Positions 14,386-27,590 of a stretch of 64,000 nucleotides of DNA are shown here, piece by piece (the stretch's first letter is position 1; each line of letters starts with the position of its first letter). The translations under genes were made by a program, and so were the position numbers. The stretch spans positions 10,478,001-10,542,000 of the forward strand of contig NC_047024.1 in NCBI RefSeq assembly GCF_902652985.1, in the 5' to 3' direction. The notes beneath the pieces were generated by a model that did not search any database, was not told the DNA's origin, and worked only from the letters and a program-made list of their open reading frames with translations. The DNA comes from Pecten maximus (taxonomy: Eukaryota).

Positions 14386-15555
14386 GGAGGTATTAACAAT
14401 ACAGAAAAACAGATTAAGTAAGAAACGTAGTCGTTTTTTCCTAAAGAAATGGTATTAGAGTTAGATGAATAACATTGTTTCCGCTATTTTAGTTGTGTGG
14501 TAATTTTGTTTTTCATCTATTGCCATCCGTAGGTTTAATTAGCCACAAATATTCCTCAACAGAAGTTTAACCACTTAATCTCCACACATCAACTGCATAA
14601 AATACACATTATCTTTTATACCGATTATAATGCGTTCCCGTAGCCATGTTAACGGAATTATGACATGAACATAATTGTGCTAATTCTACAAACATGACTA
14701 TAACGTAAGTTCCAACTATAAAATGTTACGTGGGTATGGGCGCTTTGGTGATTTACACGGTTAATTATCGTCCTTTCATTTGTACAACTATCAGGCTATT
14801 TCAGTAAATCAAATATTGGACAAAGAATAGAGAATGCCAGGGAACCTGCTGGTAAATGTCATGGGTTCTCCCGGAAGCTCAGATTAAATAGAATGACAAA
14901 GTTCAATGCATAGACTGTCGAGCCCTGTAAACACTTCGGCAAATTGACGATTCTCCATATCGATATTGTACATATCGTTTGATAGAAGTAAATATTGATA
15001 AGCAAAATTAGAAATATTTTTATCTTTAGGAAATCCAGATTGCTAATATTACACAAAATAAATAACAGTTAATATTGTGGTGAGATATAATACCTTTGTG
15101 TCTTTAAATAGAAAATATTTATAAAATCAAAGCCCAACAGATACCACGATGACTGTGATAACGGCCAAAGTAGGGATACATGTAACCAATGTGTGACCTG
15201 TCTGTCGTCCGCCTCCGGGTTATAAATTATCGATGACTTGGAGATTAGTGTGCGCCTGACTTAATGGATACAGACGAACATGTTAATCACAAAATTTAAT
15301 TATCATTTTATCTGTGCAGGTATTGCTGACAAGTGATATTTGTAATGTTTTAAATGGATATTTTACTATGAGGACTGCTTTGACCAATCCCATGCTTCCA
15401 AAACAACAAAATCAGTGGGATTAATCTGATTACAAATATCGTACTAGGTGGCTCCCTCTGGTGGGCAGCTACATTGTATGTGATAGCGCTACACAAGAAC
15501 TGTAATGTAGAAATCATACCACAGGTAGGTAGACGTCCACATGTAGGGAGAGTCA

Positions 15556-17450
15556 TTATTACACAATGTACGTACTATCACACAATGTACGTACTATCAC
15601 AATGTACGTACTTTTACACAATGTACGTACTATCACACAATGTACGTATTATAACACAATGTACGTATTATAACACAATGTACGCATTATAACACAATGT
15701 ACGTATAATAACACAATGTACGTACTATCACAATGTACGTACTATCACACAATGTACGTACTATCACACAATGTACGTATTATCACACAATGTACGTATT
15801 ATCACACTATGTACGTACTATCACACAATGTACGTATTATCACACAATGTACGTATTATCACACAATGTACGTATTATCACACAATGTACGTATTATCAC
15901 ACAATGTACGTACTATACGTACTATCACACAATGTACGTATTATCACACAATATACGTACTATCACAATGTACGTATTATCACACAATGTACGTACTATT
16001 ACAATGTATGTGCTATCACACAATGTACGTACTATCACAATGTATGTGCTATCGCACAATATACGTACTATCACACAATGTACGTATTATAACACAATGT
16101 ACGTACTATCACAATGTATGTGCTATCACACAATGTACGTACTATCACACAATGTACGTACTATCACACAATGTACGTACTATCACACAATGTACGTACT
16201 ATCACAATGTATGTGCTATCACACAATATACGTACTATCACACAATGTACGTACTATCACACAATGTACGTACTATCACAATATACGTACTATCACACAA
16301 TATACGTACTATCACACAATGTACGTACTATCACACAATGTATGTGCTATCACACAATATACGTACTATCACACAATGTATGTGCTATCACACAATATAC
16401 GTACTATCACACAATGTACGTACTATCACACAATGTATGTGCTATCGCACAATGTACGTACTATTACAATGTATGTGCTATCACACAATGTACGTACTAT
16501 CACAATGTATGTGCTATCGCACAATGTACGTACTATTACAATATACGTACTATCACACAATGTACGTACTATCACAATGTATGTGCTATCGCACAATGTA
16601 CGTACTATTACAATGTATGTGCTATCACACAATGTACGTACTATCACAATGTATGTGCTATCGCACAATGTACGTACTATTACAATGTATGTGCTATCAC
16701 ACAATGTACGTACCATCACACAATGTACGTACTATTACAATGTACGTACTATCACAATGTATGTGCTATCACAATGTATGTGCTATCGCACAATGTACGT
16801 ACTATCACAATGTATGTGCTATCACACAATGTACGTATTATAACACAATGTACGTACTATCACACAATGTATGTGCTATCACACAATGTACGTACTATCA
16901 CACAATATACGTACTATCACACAATGTACGTATTATAACACAATGTACGTACTATCACACAATGTATGTGCTATCACACAATATACGTACTATCACACAA
17001 TGTACGTATTATAACACAATGTACGTACTATTACACAATGTATGTGCTATCACACAATATACGTACTATCACAATGTATGTGCTATCACACAATATACGT
17101 ACTATCACACAATATACGTACTATCACACAATGTACGTACTATTACAATGTATGTGCTATCACACAATATACGTACTATTACAATGTATGTGCTATCACA
17201 CAATGTACGTACTATCACACAATGTACGTACTATTACAATGTATGTGCTATTACAATGTACGTACTATCACAATGTACGTACTATCACACAATGTACGTA
17301 CCATCACACCATGTACGTACTATTACAATGTACGTACTATTACAATGTACGTACTATCACAATGTACATACTATCACAATGTACGTACTATCACACAATG
17401 TACGTACTATCACACAATGTACGTACTATCACACAATGTACGTACTATCG
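15556..17450. repeat. 17/19-bp minisatellite, about 100 copies
   Basis: Unit tatca(ca)caatgtacgtac with tatgtgc variants. Source of the 563/375/274-aa pseudo-ORFs. Confidence 0.97.
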
Positions 17451-17679
17451 CCTACTTTTTAAGTAATTTGATTCAACCTTTCGTAATAGGCGATGTAGCC
17501 AGCCTCCGTGTGTAGGAGCTGACATTTACTTTCTACAACAGGGTTATCATCGTTTTTATTTGTTGAACATTGTTTGCCTTTTTGAGTTAACAGACACCAG
17601 TTACAAGGTATACACATTTCCCTTGTATTGATTATGATAGACACCAATTTAAAGCCGTACAAATACTAGCGTCAATTAT

Positions 17680-18110
17680 TGTTGACCTTGATGAGTTGGT
17701 AGACACAAATTACAAGGTTAATATATATTAGCTCCTATTGTTGAGTAGTGTTGACCTTGATGAGTTGGTAGACACACATTACAAGGTCAACATATATTAG
17801 CTCCTATTGTTGAGTAGTGTTGACCTTGTTGTGTTGGTAGACACAAATTACAAGGCCAACATATACATTTGTATTAGCTCCTATTGTGAGTAGTGTTGAC
17901 CTTGATGAATTGGTAGACACACATTACAAGGTCAACATATATTAGCTCCTATTGTTGAGTAGTGTTGACCTTGATGAGTTGGTAGACACAAATTACAAGG
18001 TCAACATATATTAGCTCCTATTGTTGATTTGTGTTGACCTTGTGTTGGTAGACACAAGTTACAAGGTTAACATATATTAGCTCCTATTGTTAAATAGTAT
18101 TGACCTTGTT
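17680..18110. repeat. About 69-bp tandem repeat with an internal inverted repeat, about 6 copies
   Basis: Unit gttgaccttg-atgagttggtagacacacatta-caaggtcaac-atatattagctcctattgttgagtagt. Confidence 0.92.
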
Positions 18111-20139
18111 GAGATCGTTCACATGTTAACGTATCAACATATATTAGCGCATATTGTTGAGTCGTGAGTAGCGTGCCCATTGCTGAGTAAGTAGAACCCC
18201 TCCTACAGATCACAGACTCCTTGTTGATGAGAAGGCAGACACTGGCCTTCATTTAATCTATGGCTAATGGATCTTTGGTCACGGAGCACAGTAATGAAAT
18301 TTTTCTGGGGAATTGTGCCCAGTGTCTTTACAAAGAACATTTAGTTTCATAAGCAATTCCTCCAGGATATACATATAACACTCCTACACCCTACTATATC
18401 AAGGTAATGAGAACATTAGGCTCCTTAAAATGTCAGCCACGCTCAAAAATAAAGCTCATTTATGTTCATTTTGCGCCCCACTCTCTCATTCTGTATACCT
18501 AGTGGAAATGACGGCTTCCTTTCTAGCTTCCGAGAATGGGAAGTTTTGCGTTTATTGACATTTAAAAAACAATATAGCCCAGGAAAAGCGTATAAATTTA
18601 TGGATCGGAGATCCGCAACGCAGTCTTTTATTCCATCATTATGTTGCACGCGTAAAAAACAGAATAAAAATGCAACTGCATAGTTTATTGTTCTCGAATG
18701 AAGACTGGATAGAGATTAACACCTGTTTATCTTTGTCATTTTTATACGTGTAGGTTAAGTAATCATCATGAATATTCCCTGTTTTATTAAGGTAAACTCA
18801 TTAAAGCCTAGTGTTGAAGATTCATATTAACAAATACATTTAAACATTTATCATTTCTGAACCTCAGGTAAGGACAATACAGAGTTATGCAGTACCGATC
18901 AGGTAGAATGAAGTAATTCTACCAGGTCGCTGTAACACCATATTAACCGACTATAACGTCCCTTATTTTTTTGGAGATAGATAATTGCATTATAAATTTA
19001 TCTTGAAGGAATTATTAACTGAAATATTAACTAAGATTTAGCCAATAAGAATTGACGAAAATCGGACCATATGTAATATATATATATATCTATATATGTA
19101 CAGGAACTGACTCGGACTTACAAACTGCCAAGTGTCCCCCATAACAATGATTCAATGACACACCTTTAGTGCTAGAAGCACGTGCCAAGTGCTCTAAGCT
19201 ATCATGTACAATAATGTATGATCGAAGTATCGCTGATGTACCAGACGTTTATACACAAACTACAGAAAATGGTTGGACAGTGTATTATGATTGTAAAGTG
19301 TATCTGTAATAAACTTCTTGGTGCCGTTCATCTTTCTTACTGTCGATACTCGTGTAGAGCGAAATTTGTCGTCCAAGTGTTGAGAGACAACATGTCCGCA
19401 ATTCATTCGAAAAGATTGTCTTAAAGTCCAAATATATACCATAACTTGGTTACACTAATGTATCCCATTCTCTTTGCTTCTTGAGCTTTCAGCATGCTGT
19501 AGGTGTGTCGTAGCTATAGGTCACGCTTTAATAACACAACTGGGATGTGTGATTGGAGGGTAAAGGTTGATTGTATATCTCAATTACGGCTGAAATCAAC
19601 AACAGGCGATAATCGTAACAGGAGCACGTTGTCTGACGTCCTTGGTTGACATAGTTCATAATTCTGTTTCAAAATCAATACAATCAATTATATATTGTTT
19701 CTATACATTTCCAGGTGGGACGATCAAGGTACTCGTAGTAAACCATTTGGGAAAGCGTTCTCCCACATTCTCCATAGCCTAAAAACTCATTTTGACAAAC
19801 GGTAGAGAGGACTGTTTTACAGTATGGCCAGTTCTCCTTCCATACCTTATTTTTGTTTTCTCTTTTCTATAACAAAAAACTTTGGGTTCGTTGACAGAAG
19901 ACAGGGGAAAAAAGCAATGGTAATTTATCATTTGCAAAAACATCGCATTTGGAATATATTACTGATAATTTTCTGTATATTCGAAAGCAGATTTATATAC
20001 ATTAAACACAAATTTGATTACGAAGCTCATGAAAGGAGCGTGTATTGAAACCAAGGGAGCAGTCGGCCTTTTTAACAGTTTTCAAAACGTGTGAGGTCCA
20101 CCTTATTTGTTCATTAATGACAATTCAATAGTAGGGACA

Positions 20140-20515
20140 CTCACAAGCTGGGGTATCTGACCACCGACAGAATAGAAGTGAGACGTCTTGCTGTCAATAC
20201 GAAGGACTACACATTTTTTCACATTGAACTTCATGCCCCAGTCACTTGTCCAACATTCAAGGTTATTGAGATCGTGATAGAGCTGACACGAATCTGTCGC
20301 TGATCTAATCTCTCGGTAGATCAAGAATTAATCAGCAAATTGGCGGACATTGTTTTTTATTGGACTGCATCAGGTAAGTCATTGATATAACAGAGAAACA
20401 ATAAGGGGTTGTTCTCCATCGAAGACTACCTTCTTGTCTCGAATGCAGAAGAAGGAGCTGAAACACCTGTGGATAGCACTGTGATTACCAGAGCTTTGCA
20501 GTTTGTGTAATAGTT
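20140..20515 (-). mobile_element. Non-LTR retrotransposon (CR1/L2-type LINE) reverse-transcriptase fragment, decayed
   Basis: Minus-strand translation across frameshifts and stops gives ...RDKKVVFDGE...PLLFLCYINDLPDAV...VRQFAD*FLIYREIRSATDSCQLYHDLNNLECWTSDWGMKFNVKKC. These are the RT PLLF..YINDL, FADD and W.M.FN..KC motifs. Confidence 0.9.
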
Positions 20516-21194
20516 ATCAAAAGTTATCTTTTCTTTATTTTTTATTTATTGTGAACAAAATGAAAAACATCATTTGTAGTGAGAAAACATGATTTGAAAC
20601 CTACAGCAAAAAGAAGAAAAGCAGCAGTTTTTTTTTTATTAAGATAATTTCCAATTACTTATCTTCCGATATTATTTAAACAGAAAAAAAATGAGAATTA
20701 ACCGTGGTGCTGTCACACATGTATGTCCTTTTATTACATTTGAGGGGATTTCATGATGTTACTGCCAGGGGCTTCTAGCGGAAACAAAATCTTTAGATCA
20801 GTACCCATATATTCCGTCATAGAATAGCGTGCAAAATACATACTTATGATGTGTATGGATACCGACTCCAGGGTAGCCAGGTAGCATTTTTAGAATTTTC
20901 TAAAAAAGAAAAAAAAAAGTTTACCCGCACCCGCTTATAACATGCGGATAATACTCTAAATTTACATATTCTTGATACTATTATTGGTGTCCAAAGTTAC
21001 AAACATTGTTGAGAGATCATAAGATTAGTATACTGTCTTATATCTGGTGCGACAACCATATTCTCAATATGCTATGAATTGAATAGATAACATGAGCATG
21101 ACCATTATATGTACACCTAGAGCTCTTTTGAAAACAAAATAAAAATACATAATCTGCATGTGTATATAGTAAAGGAAACGCAGTGTCCGCCACA

Positions 21195-22920
21195 ATAGAT
21201 ACTCCGCTACTCCAGATACTCCGCTACACCAGATACTCCGCTACACTAGATACTCCGCTACACCAAATAGTCCGCTACACTAGATACTCCGCTACACAAG
21301 ATACTCCTCTATACCAGATACTCCGCTACATCAGATACTCCGCTACACTAGATACTCCGCTACACTAGTTACTCCGCTACACTAGATACTCCGCTACACT
21401 AAATACTCTGTTACACTAGATACTCCGCTACACTAGATACTCCGCTACACCAAATACTCCGTTACACAAGATATTCCATTACACCAGATACTCCACTACA
21501 CCAGATACTCCGCTACACCAAATACTCCGCTACACTAAATACTCTGTTACACTAGATACTCCGCTACACTAGATACTCCGCTACACCAAATACTCCGTTA
21601 CACAAGATATTCCATTACACCAGATACTCCGCTACACCAGATACTCCGCTACACCAAATACTCCGCTACATCAGATACTCCGCTACACTAGATACTCCGC
21701 TACACTAGTTACTCCGCTACACAAGATACTCCGCTACACTAAATACTCCACTACACTAGATACTGCTTTACACCAGATACTCCGCTACACTAGATACTCC
21801 GCTACACTAGATACTCCGCTACACAAGATACTCCGCTACACAAAATACTCCGCTACACTAGATACTCCGCTACACAAGATACTCCGCTACACCAGATACT
21901 CCGCTACACAAGATACTCCGCTACACTAGATACTCCGCTACACCAAATACTCCGTTACACCAGATACTTCGCTACGCTAGATACTCCGCTACACTAGATA
22001 CTCCGCTACACTAGATACTCCGCTGAACCAGATACTCCGCTACACTAGATACTCTGTTACACAAGCTATACCTCTACACCAGATACTCCGCTTCACAATA
22101 TTACTCCGTTGCACCAGATACTCCGCTACACAAGATACTCCGCTACACCAGATACTCCGCTACACCAGATACTCCGCTACACCAAATACTCCGTTACACC
22201 AGATACTCCGCTACACTAGATACTCCGCTAACCAGATACTCCGCTACACTAGATACTCCGCTACACTAGATACTCCGCTACACCAGATACTCCGCTACAC
22301 TAGATACTCCGCTACACCAAATACTTCGCTACACTAGATACTCCGCTACACTAGATACTCCGCTACACTAGATACTCCGCTACACTAGATACTCCGCTAC
22401 ACTAGATACTCCGCTACACTAGATATTCCGCTACACCAGATACTCCGCTACACCAGATACTCCGCTACACTAGATACTCCGCTACACCAGATACTCCGCT
22501 ACACCAGATAATCCGCTACACCAGATAATCCGCTACACCAGATACTCCGCTACACCAGATACTCCGCTACACTAGATACTCCGCTACACTAGATACTCTT
22601 ATACACCAGATACTCCGCTACACTACATACTCCGCTACACCAGATACTCCTCTATACCAGATACTCCGCTACACTAGATACTCTGTTACACTAGATACTC
22701 CGCTACACTAGATACTCCGCTGCACCAGATACTCTGATACACCAAATACTCCGCTACACTAGATACTCTGATACACCAAATACTCTTATACACCAGATAC
22801 TCCGCTACACTAGATACTCTGATACACCAAATACTCCGCTACACCAGATACTCCGCTACACTAGATACTCCGCTACACCAGATACTCTGATACACCAAAT
22901 ACTCCGCTACACTAGATACA
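21195..22920. repeat. 17-bp minisatellite, about 100 copies
   Basis: Unit agatactccgctacac(t/c). Confidence 0.97.
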
Positions 22921-23554
22921 TTGTAATACGCTACATCAGACGGTCAAATACACCTGATTATCTCGCAAAAAAATCATCTTCAGATGCGACAAATCGTAAA
23001 GTCTGCGGGCTATACGTAGGAAATTAGGACTAAGTTAATATACAATGGACGAATGTATGTATACCACTTCCGGTCAGGGCCAATGTTAATACGTGGTGTT
23101 AGATCATACTATACGAATAACAAGCATGTGATTCAGTTTTAGGACTACGACTGTCAGATCTATAATTTGTCAGAAGTCCATCAAAGGTCAAGGACTGTCG
23201 GATTCCAAATGTATACGAAGGTCAAAGACTGTATAGTCAGATGCTGAAATTGAAAATATGTCATTGGCAATATACAACTATTGAGAATGAATTACACAAG
23301 TAAGTGAAACAGAAATAAAACAAAAAACTGAAGTGAAATAAGCTTGTAACCAAGAGTATATAACACTGAAAATGTCACCCAAATAAGATTTACGTGAACT
23401 TCATATTAAACTTTTCAAAAAAAAACAAAAAAAAATACATGTCATTTTATGTCGAAAGTAATTTTAGGGGCACAAAATGTGGGGATGTAGATGGAAAGTC
23501 CGGAAAGTCAGTTATATAATTGAATTGACATCTAAATGGACAAGTTTAGTTTAT

Positions 23555-23690
23555 TTGTGCATTCCGTTCAGTGCTGAGCGTCAAGCAAATAACTAAGGTG
23601 TAGCCAGGACAGAGAGCGCACACTCCTTCTCACAATGGAGGGCGATCAACTCAAGGCCAAGAGTGAGCCAGTGTCAAGAGAGATGTGAAA
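23555..23690 (-). mobile_element. Degenerate SINE remnant
   Basis: gtgctgagcgtcaagca...ccttctcac...caactcaaggccaagagtgag..gtgtcaag resembles, from recall, a common scallop tRNA-derived SINE in reverse. No TSD seen. Confidence 0.4.
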
Positions 23691-24624
23691 TGATTACTTC
23701 GTTATTATAGAGACATTTTAGCTAGACCTACCTTTAAAATTCATAAACAGTATTGAAAAGTGGTCATATTTTACTATGTACAGTTAAACGACATTATCAA
23801 GTTTCATTTTTGTTATATTGTATAAGACGGTTCCACTATACCTTTAACCCTTCTCTACAAAGAGCGGGTTTAATCACACTGTCATTTTTTAAATTATTTT
23901 GTATTAAGAAAATCAGAACGAACAAGAACTGCTATTTAATTTTTAGTATAACATATACAGAAGGTCGATTGAAATGATACACAATAGCACATAATGACCG
24001 AATATGTATTCATTATTTTTTGTATGTTGAGATGTATTGTCTTGTATGTATTGTGTTGTTTTCTTTTGTTTGTCAAAATGAAACTTTAATAGAACATTAT
24101 TTTTTTTAAATGATAGTTTAATTTCCGCCTGTTGGCTTTTTAACTGTTTTCAAGTACAGTGTTCCTGTATAAAGGCGGACCGAGTATCAAACAGTGACTA
24201 AGTAATATAAACACTGCAATGTTGTACGGAATCGGGTACATCATAACGGTTCTAATGAGCCCATTTCAAGGTTAATGGACTCAGGATATCATTACAGAAG
24301 CTATAAATCCAAAGATAGTCATTATTTAATTTGTGATAATATCAAAGAATGACGCTTGTTTCACCGTTAATCAAAGATGTATACACAGCCCATTAATTGT
24401 AACCATTGCCAGATATTTCACAATAGCTACCAAAGGTATGCCCGGCTCTTAACAAGGGGGTTACTGCCTAATTTGCTGGAGTGGTTAAAAGCTTTATCTC
24501 GTTAAGAACACCCGTGTGGTACGTGTCGACGGTAACCCATCAACTATAGACGTATGTCGCTCTGTCAGATCACTGCTCCCTCGTATAGCGTGGACATGGC
24601 ATACTGGCTGATGGAGTTCCATGG

Positions 24625-25205
24625 GATGAAGACACTGGCTTCAAATACTGGCTACATCTCACATATAGTTCACACACTGAAGACATTGGCTTCAAATACT
24701 GGCTACATCTCACATATAGTTCACACACTGAAGATACTGGCTACATCTCACATATAGTTCACACAATGAAGACACTGGCTTCAAATACTGGCTGCATCTC
24801 ACATATAGTTTACACACTGAAGATACTGGCTACATCTCACATATAGTTTACACACTGAAGATACTGGCTACATCTCACATATAGTTCACACACCGAATGC
24901 ATTTGCTACATATTTGATACAATTTTACGCGCTTTATACATTTGCTACATATTTGATATAATTTCATACGCTAAATACATTTGCTACATATTTGATACAT
25001 TTTTACGCTCTGAATACATTTGCTACATATTTGATACAATTCCACGCGCTTTATACATTTGCTACATATTTGATATAATTTCATCCGCTGAATACAATTG
25101 CTACATATTTGATACAATGTCATGCGCTGAATACATTTGATGCATATTAGAAACAGTTATAAACGCTAAAGGCATTGGATAATACTTCGATATAGTTCAT
25201 GCACT
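24625..25205. repeat. Compound array of 51/38-bp units grading into 39-bp units
   Basis: gaagatactggctacatctcacatatagttcacacact followed by tacatttgctacatatttgatacaattttacgcgcttta. Confidence 0.88.
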
Positions 25206-26677
25206 AAAGATTTTGAAAAATTTTTGCTGATTTAATTAGTACAGTAGTAGTATAAGGATAACTTATGATTTTACATAAATTAACCATGAGTAATATAATT
25301 CTGGATTTCGAAAAACTGGCAAATGTTTCAGTGGGAGATATGGGAAAATCGGGTCTGTCTTCATCGTAAACAATATGAATCCTAACTTAGTGCAGCTTCG
25401 ATATCGGACTCGGGTTAAACATAATTCTTAAAGTTTTTAATTAAGATTACAAGCCACAAATATCATTGATTATGAATCTCATATCTTAGGAACAATAACA
25501 GACTACAGAGTCCCTATACTATGTGACACCTAGGATCACTGGCTACATTTATCATGTGATATTTCTGAATAAAGATTTGGAGACAACATATCTTATAATT
25601 TGAAATGATACATGTTAAGATCCTCGACATACCTTAACGCCTCTCTCAGAATCTCGCATACTTTGACATACTAAAGATACGATTTCTGTGTTAAGAACTC
25701 CTGTGATTCGATATTTCCACTGTACATGTAAGTCTGTGATCTTAAGATTTTATTACACATACCATTAGGTATTTAATATATTCAAATAATCGTTAACGAT
25801 TCGGCTACAAATAGATACAGTGCGATGTGGTGTTGTCACAGCGTAGCTGATACCGGACTGGACAATAGTCGGCCCATGTAGTCGGCGTTTGTATTGGAAC
25901 CATAATGACGCGATTATCCTTAATTGAACATTTACCTCACAAATTGCTGTTGGCATAAATAGCAGGTCGTTCCGGGGAGTTAGGCCAGTACAGCTTCACA
26001 AAACGTCAAAGATATATCCTAATAGGACGTCATTTCACCGAAAGAATAAGTAAAAATAATAGGAATGACGTAAAAGTGCCAGGTTGATCATATGTTCAGA
26101 TACCGCAATAGTAGAGTTGAGCAATCACCGGGTATGTCCCAAAAAAATTTGATATACCCACTGTTAAGTTGGCACAATACCTATGAATCTGTTGTTTACG
26201 GTAGTAATTCCGACTCCAAAGGAGGTTATTAATTTTTCATGAATGCATTGCGTACTGAACCGGTTAAAGACATCAAAAACGCGCACTTGTAACGAATGCA
26301 TGAAATGACTGGAATAGCTACAAACGGAAGGCTAACTCGCAATTAATTGTATTCATATATCAAATGTAGAAATATACAATCGACCACATGTGAAGCGTTA
26401 GATGGGATATACACTCCGACGAGTGGTACGGCGTCTTCCGTTTTATATGTGTGTTCGCCATCATCGAACAATTACCAGTGGCATAACAAATAACACCGCG
26501 TCATGCTAATCAGGGACCTTGACATTTTCTGCGATTTTAAGTAATGCAGAATTTCATGATTGAAGCCTTCATTCACATCCATCAAATTTGAATCCTTGGC
26601 ATCATTTTCGGTCCATAAATTTTACGAATACCATCGTGGTATAAGTTGAAATTGGTATCAGCTGTGTAACTTTCTTG

Positions 26678-26706
26678 TTACATATCTGATTTACTGAGGT
26701 AGGAAT
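26678..26706 (-). CDS. Candidate alternative terminal exon: (D)SYLSKSDM*
   Basis: Strong acceptor ttgtttactttttttgtgccgcag|. Phase-1 reading gives 8 further codons and TAA. A minus-strand AATAAA lies at about 25748-25753. It is short and could be chance. Confidence 0.35.
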
Positions 26707-27189
26707 CTGCGGCACAAAAAAAGTAAACAATTTCAATGAACGCAATGGATGTTACTCCAGCTATGTTCAAATTAACCTAGCCAATCAGAATTACCGCATA
26801 TTTTTCATAGTTGATAGTATAATGAAATTATGTCAGAACTTATTTGCGCAGATATATCCTACACAGGCAAAATATCTTCATATCAATTTAGGCCAATTTC
26901 ATTTCATTTTCATGAACATTTCCAAGTCAAATTTTCCTCAAGACATTTTACCTGTGTTAAGCAACCAGAACAACACACAAATTACATCGAAGTCCATGAC
27001 AACACTTAAACTCTTACTAAACTACATGAAAAAAAATAAAAAATAAAAACGAACTGTCATTTTAAAGTTTGGTGATTTTATAGATTATTTGTAAACCATG
27101 CGTCTTCAAAGATTGTTTTTAAGTATGTAATTAAACCTTATTTCTAAGACATAGACACACCCTCATTTATTCGTAAATATGCTTTATTA

Positions 27190-27590
27190 CATTATTTACC
27201 AGTGAAATATCGCAAATTAATCATTATGTAAAAGTGATATTTTTTCATTTGTAAAAATATGTTACTTTTTCTGATCAGGCCAATCAAAACACTGTTTGCA
27301 AACGGCAACAGGAAAGATTAAAAGCTGACTCGGTATATTTTGCTATAAAATGTAATAAATATATAACAGGATCTTCATTAATAAAAATATATTTCACTCG
27401 TGTAGCTAATATTTGATATTAATGAAGACACTGTTAGATATCCTCTATACCATTTACATTGTATTTAGACACAACATGTGTACTTAAGTGAAATCTATAA
27501 TATGTACCCATTACATACGTTCTGTTTTCACTAGTGACAATATCACTTTTATAGAATGAATAATTTTCGATAATGCGCTGGTAAAACTAA
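27190..27590. mobile_element. Foldback/MITE-like remnant with nested inverted repeats
   Basis: 27192-27258 is an imperfect reverse complement of 27524-27590. Inner arms 27362-27392 and 27408-27440 (tcttcattaata / tattaatgaaga) form a second hairpin. Confidence 0.55.

Noticed and set aside
15716-17515. Long ORFs of 563, 375 and 274 aa (MYVLSHNVRTITQCTYYHT)n
   Set aside because: They are translations of a 17/19-bp minisatellite open in all three plus frames, with no splice or domain support.
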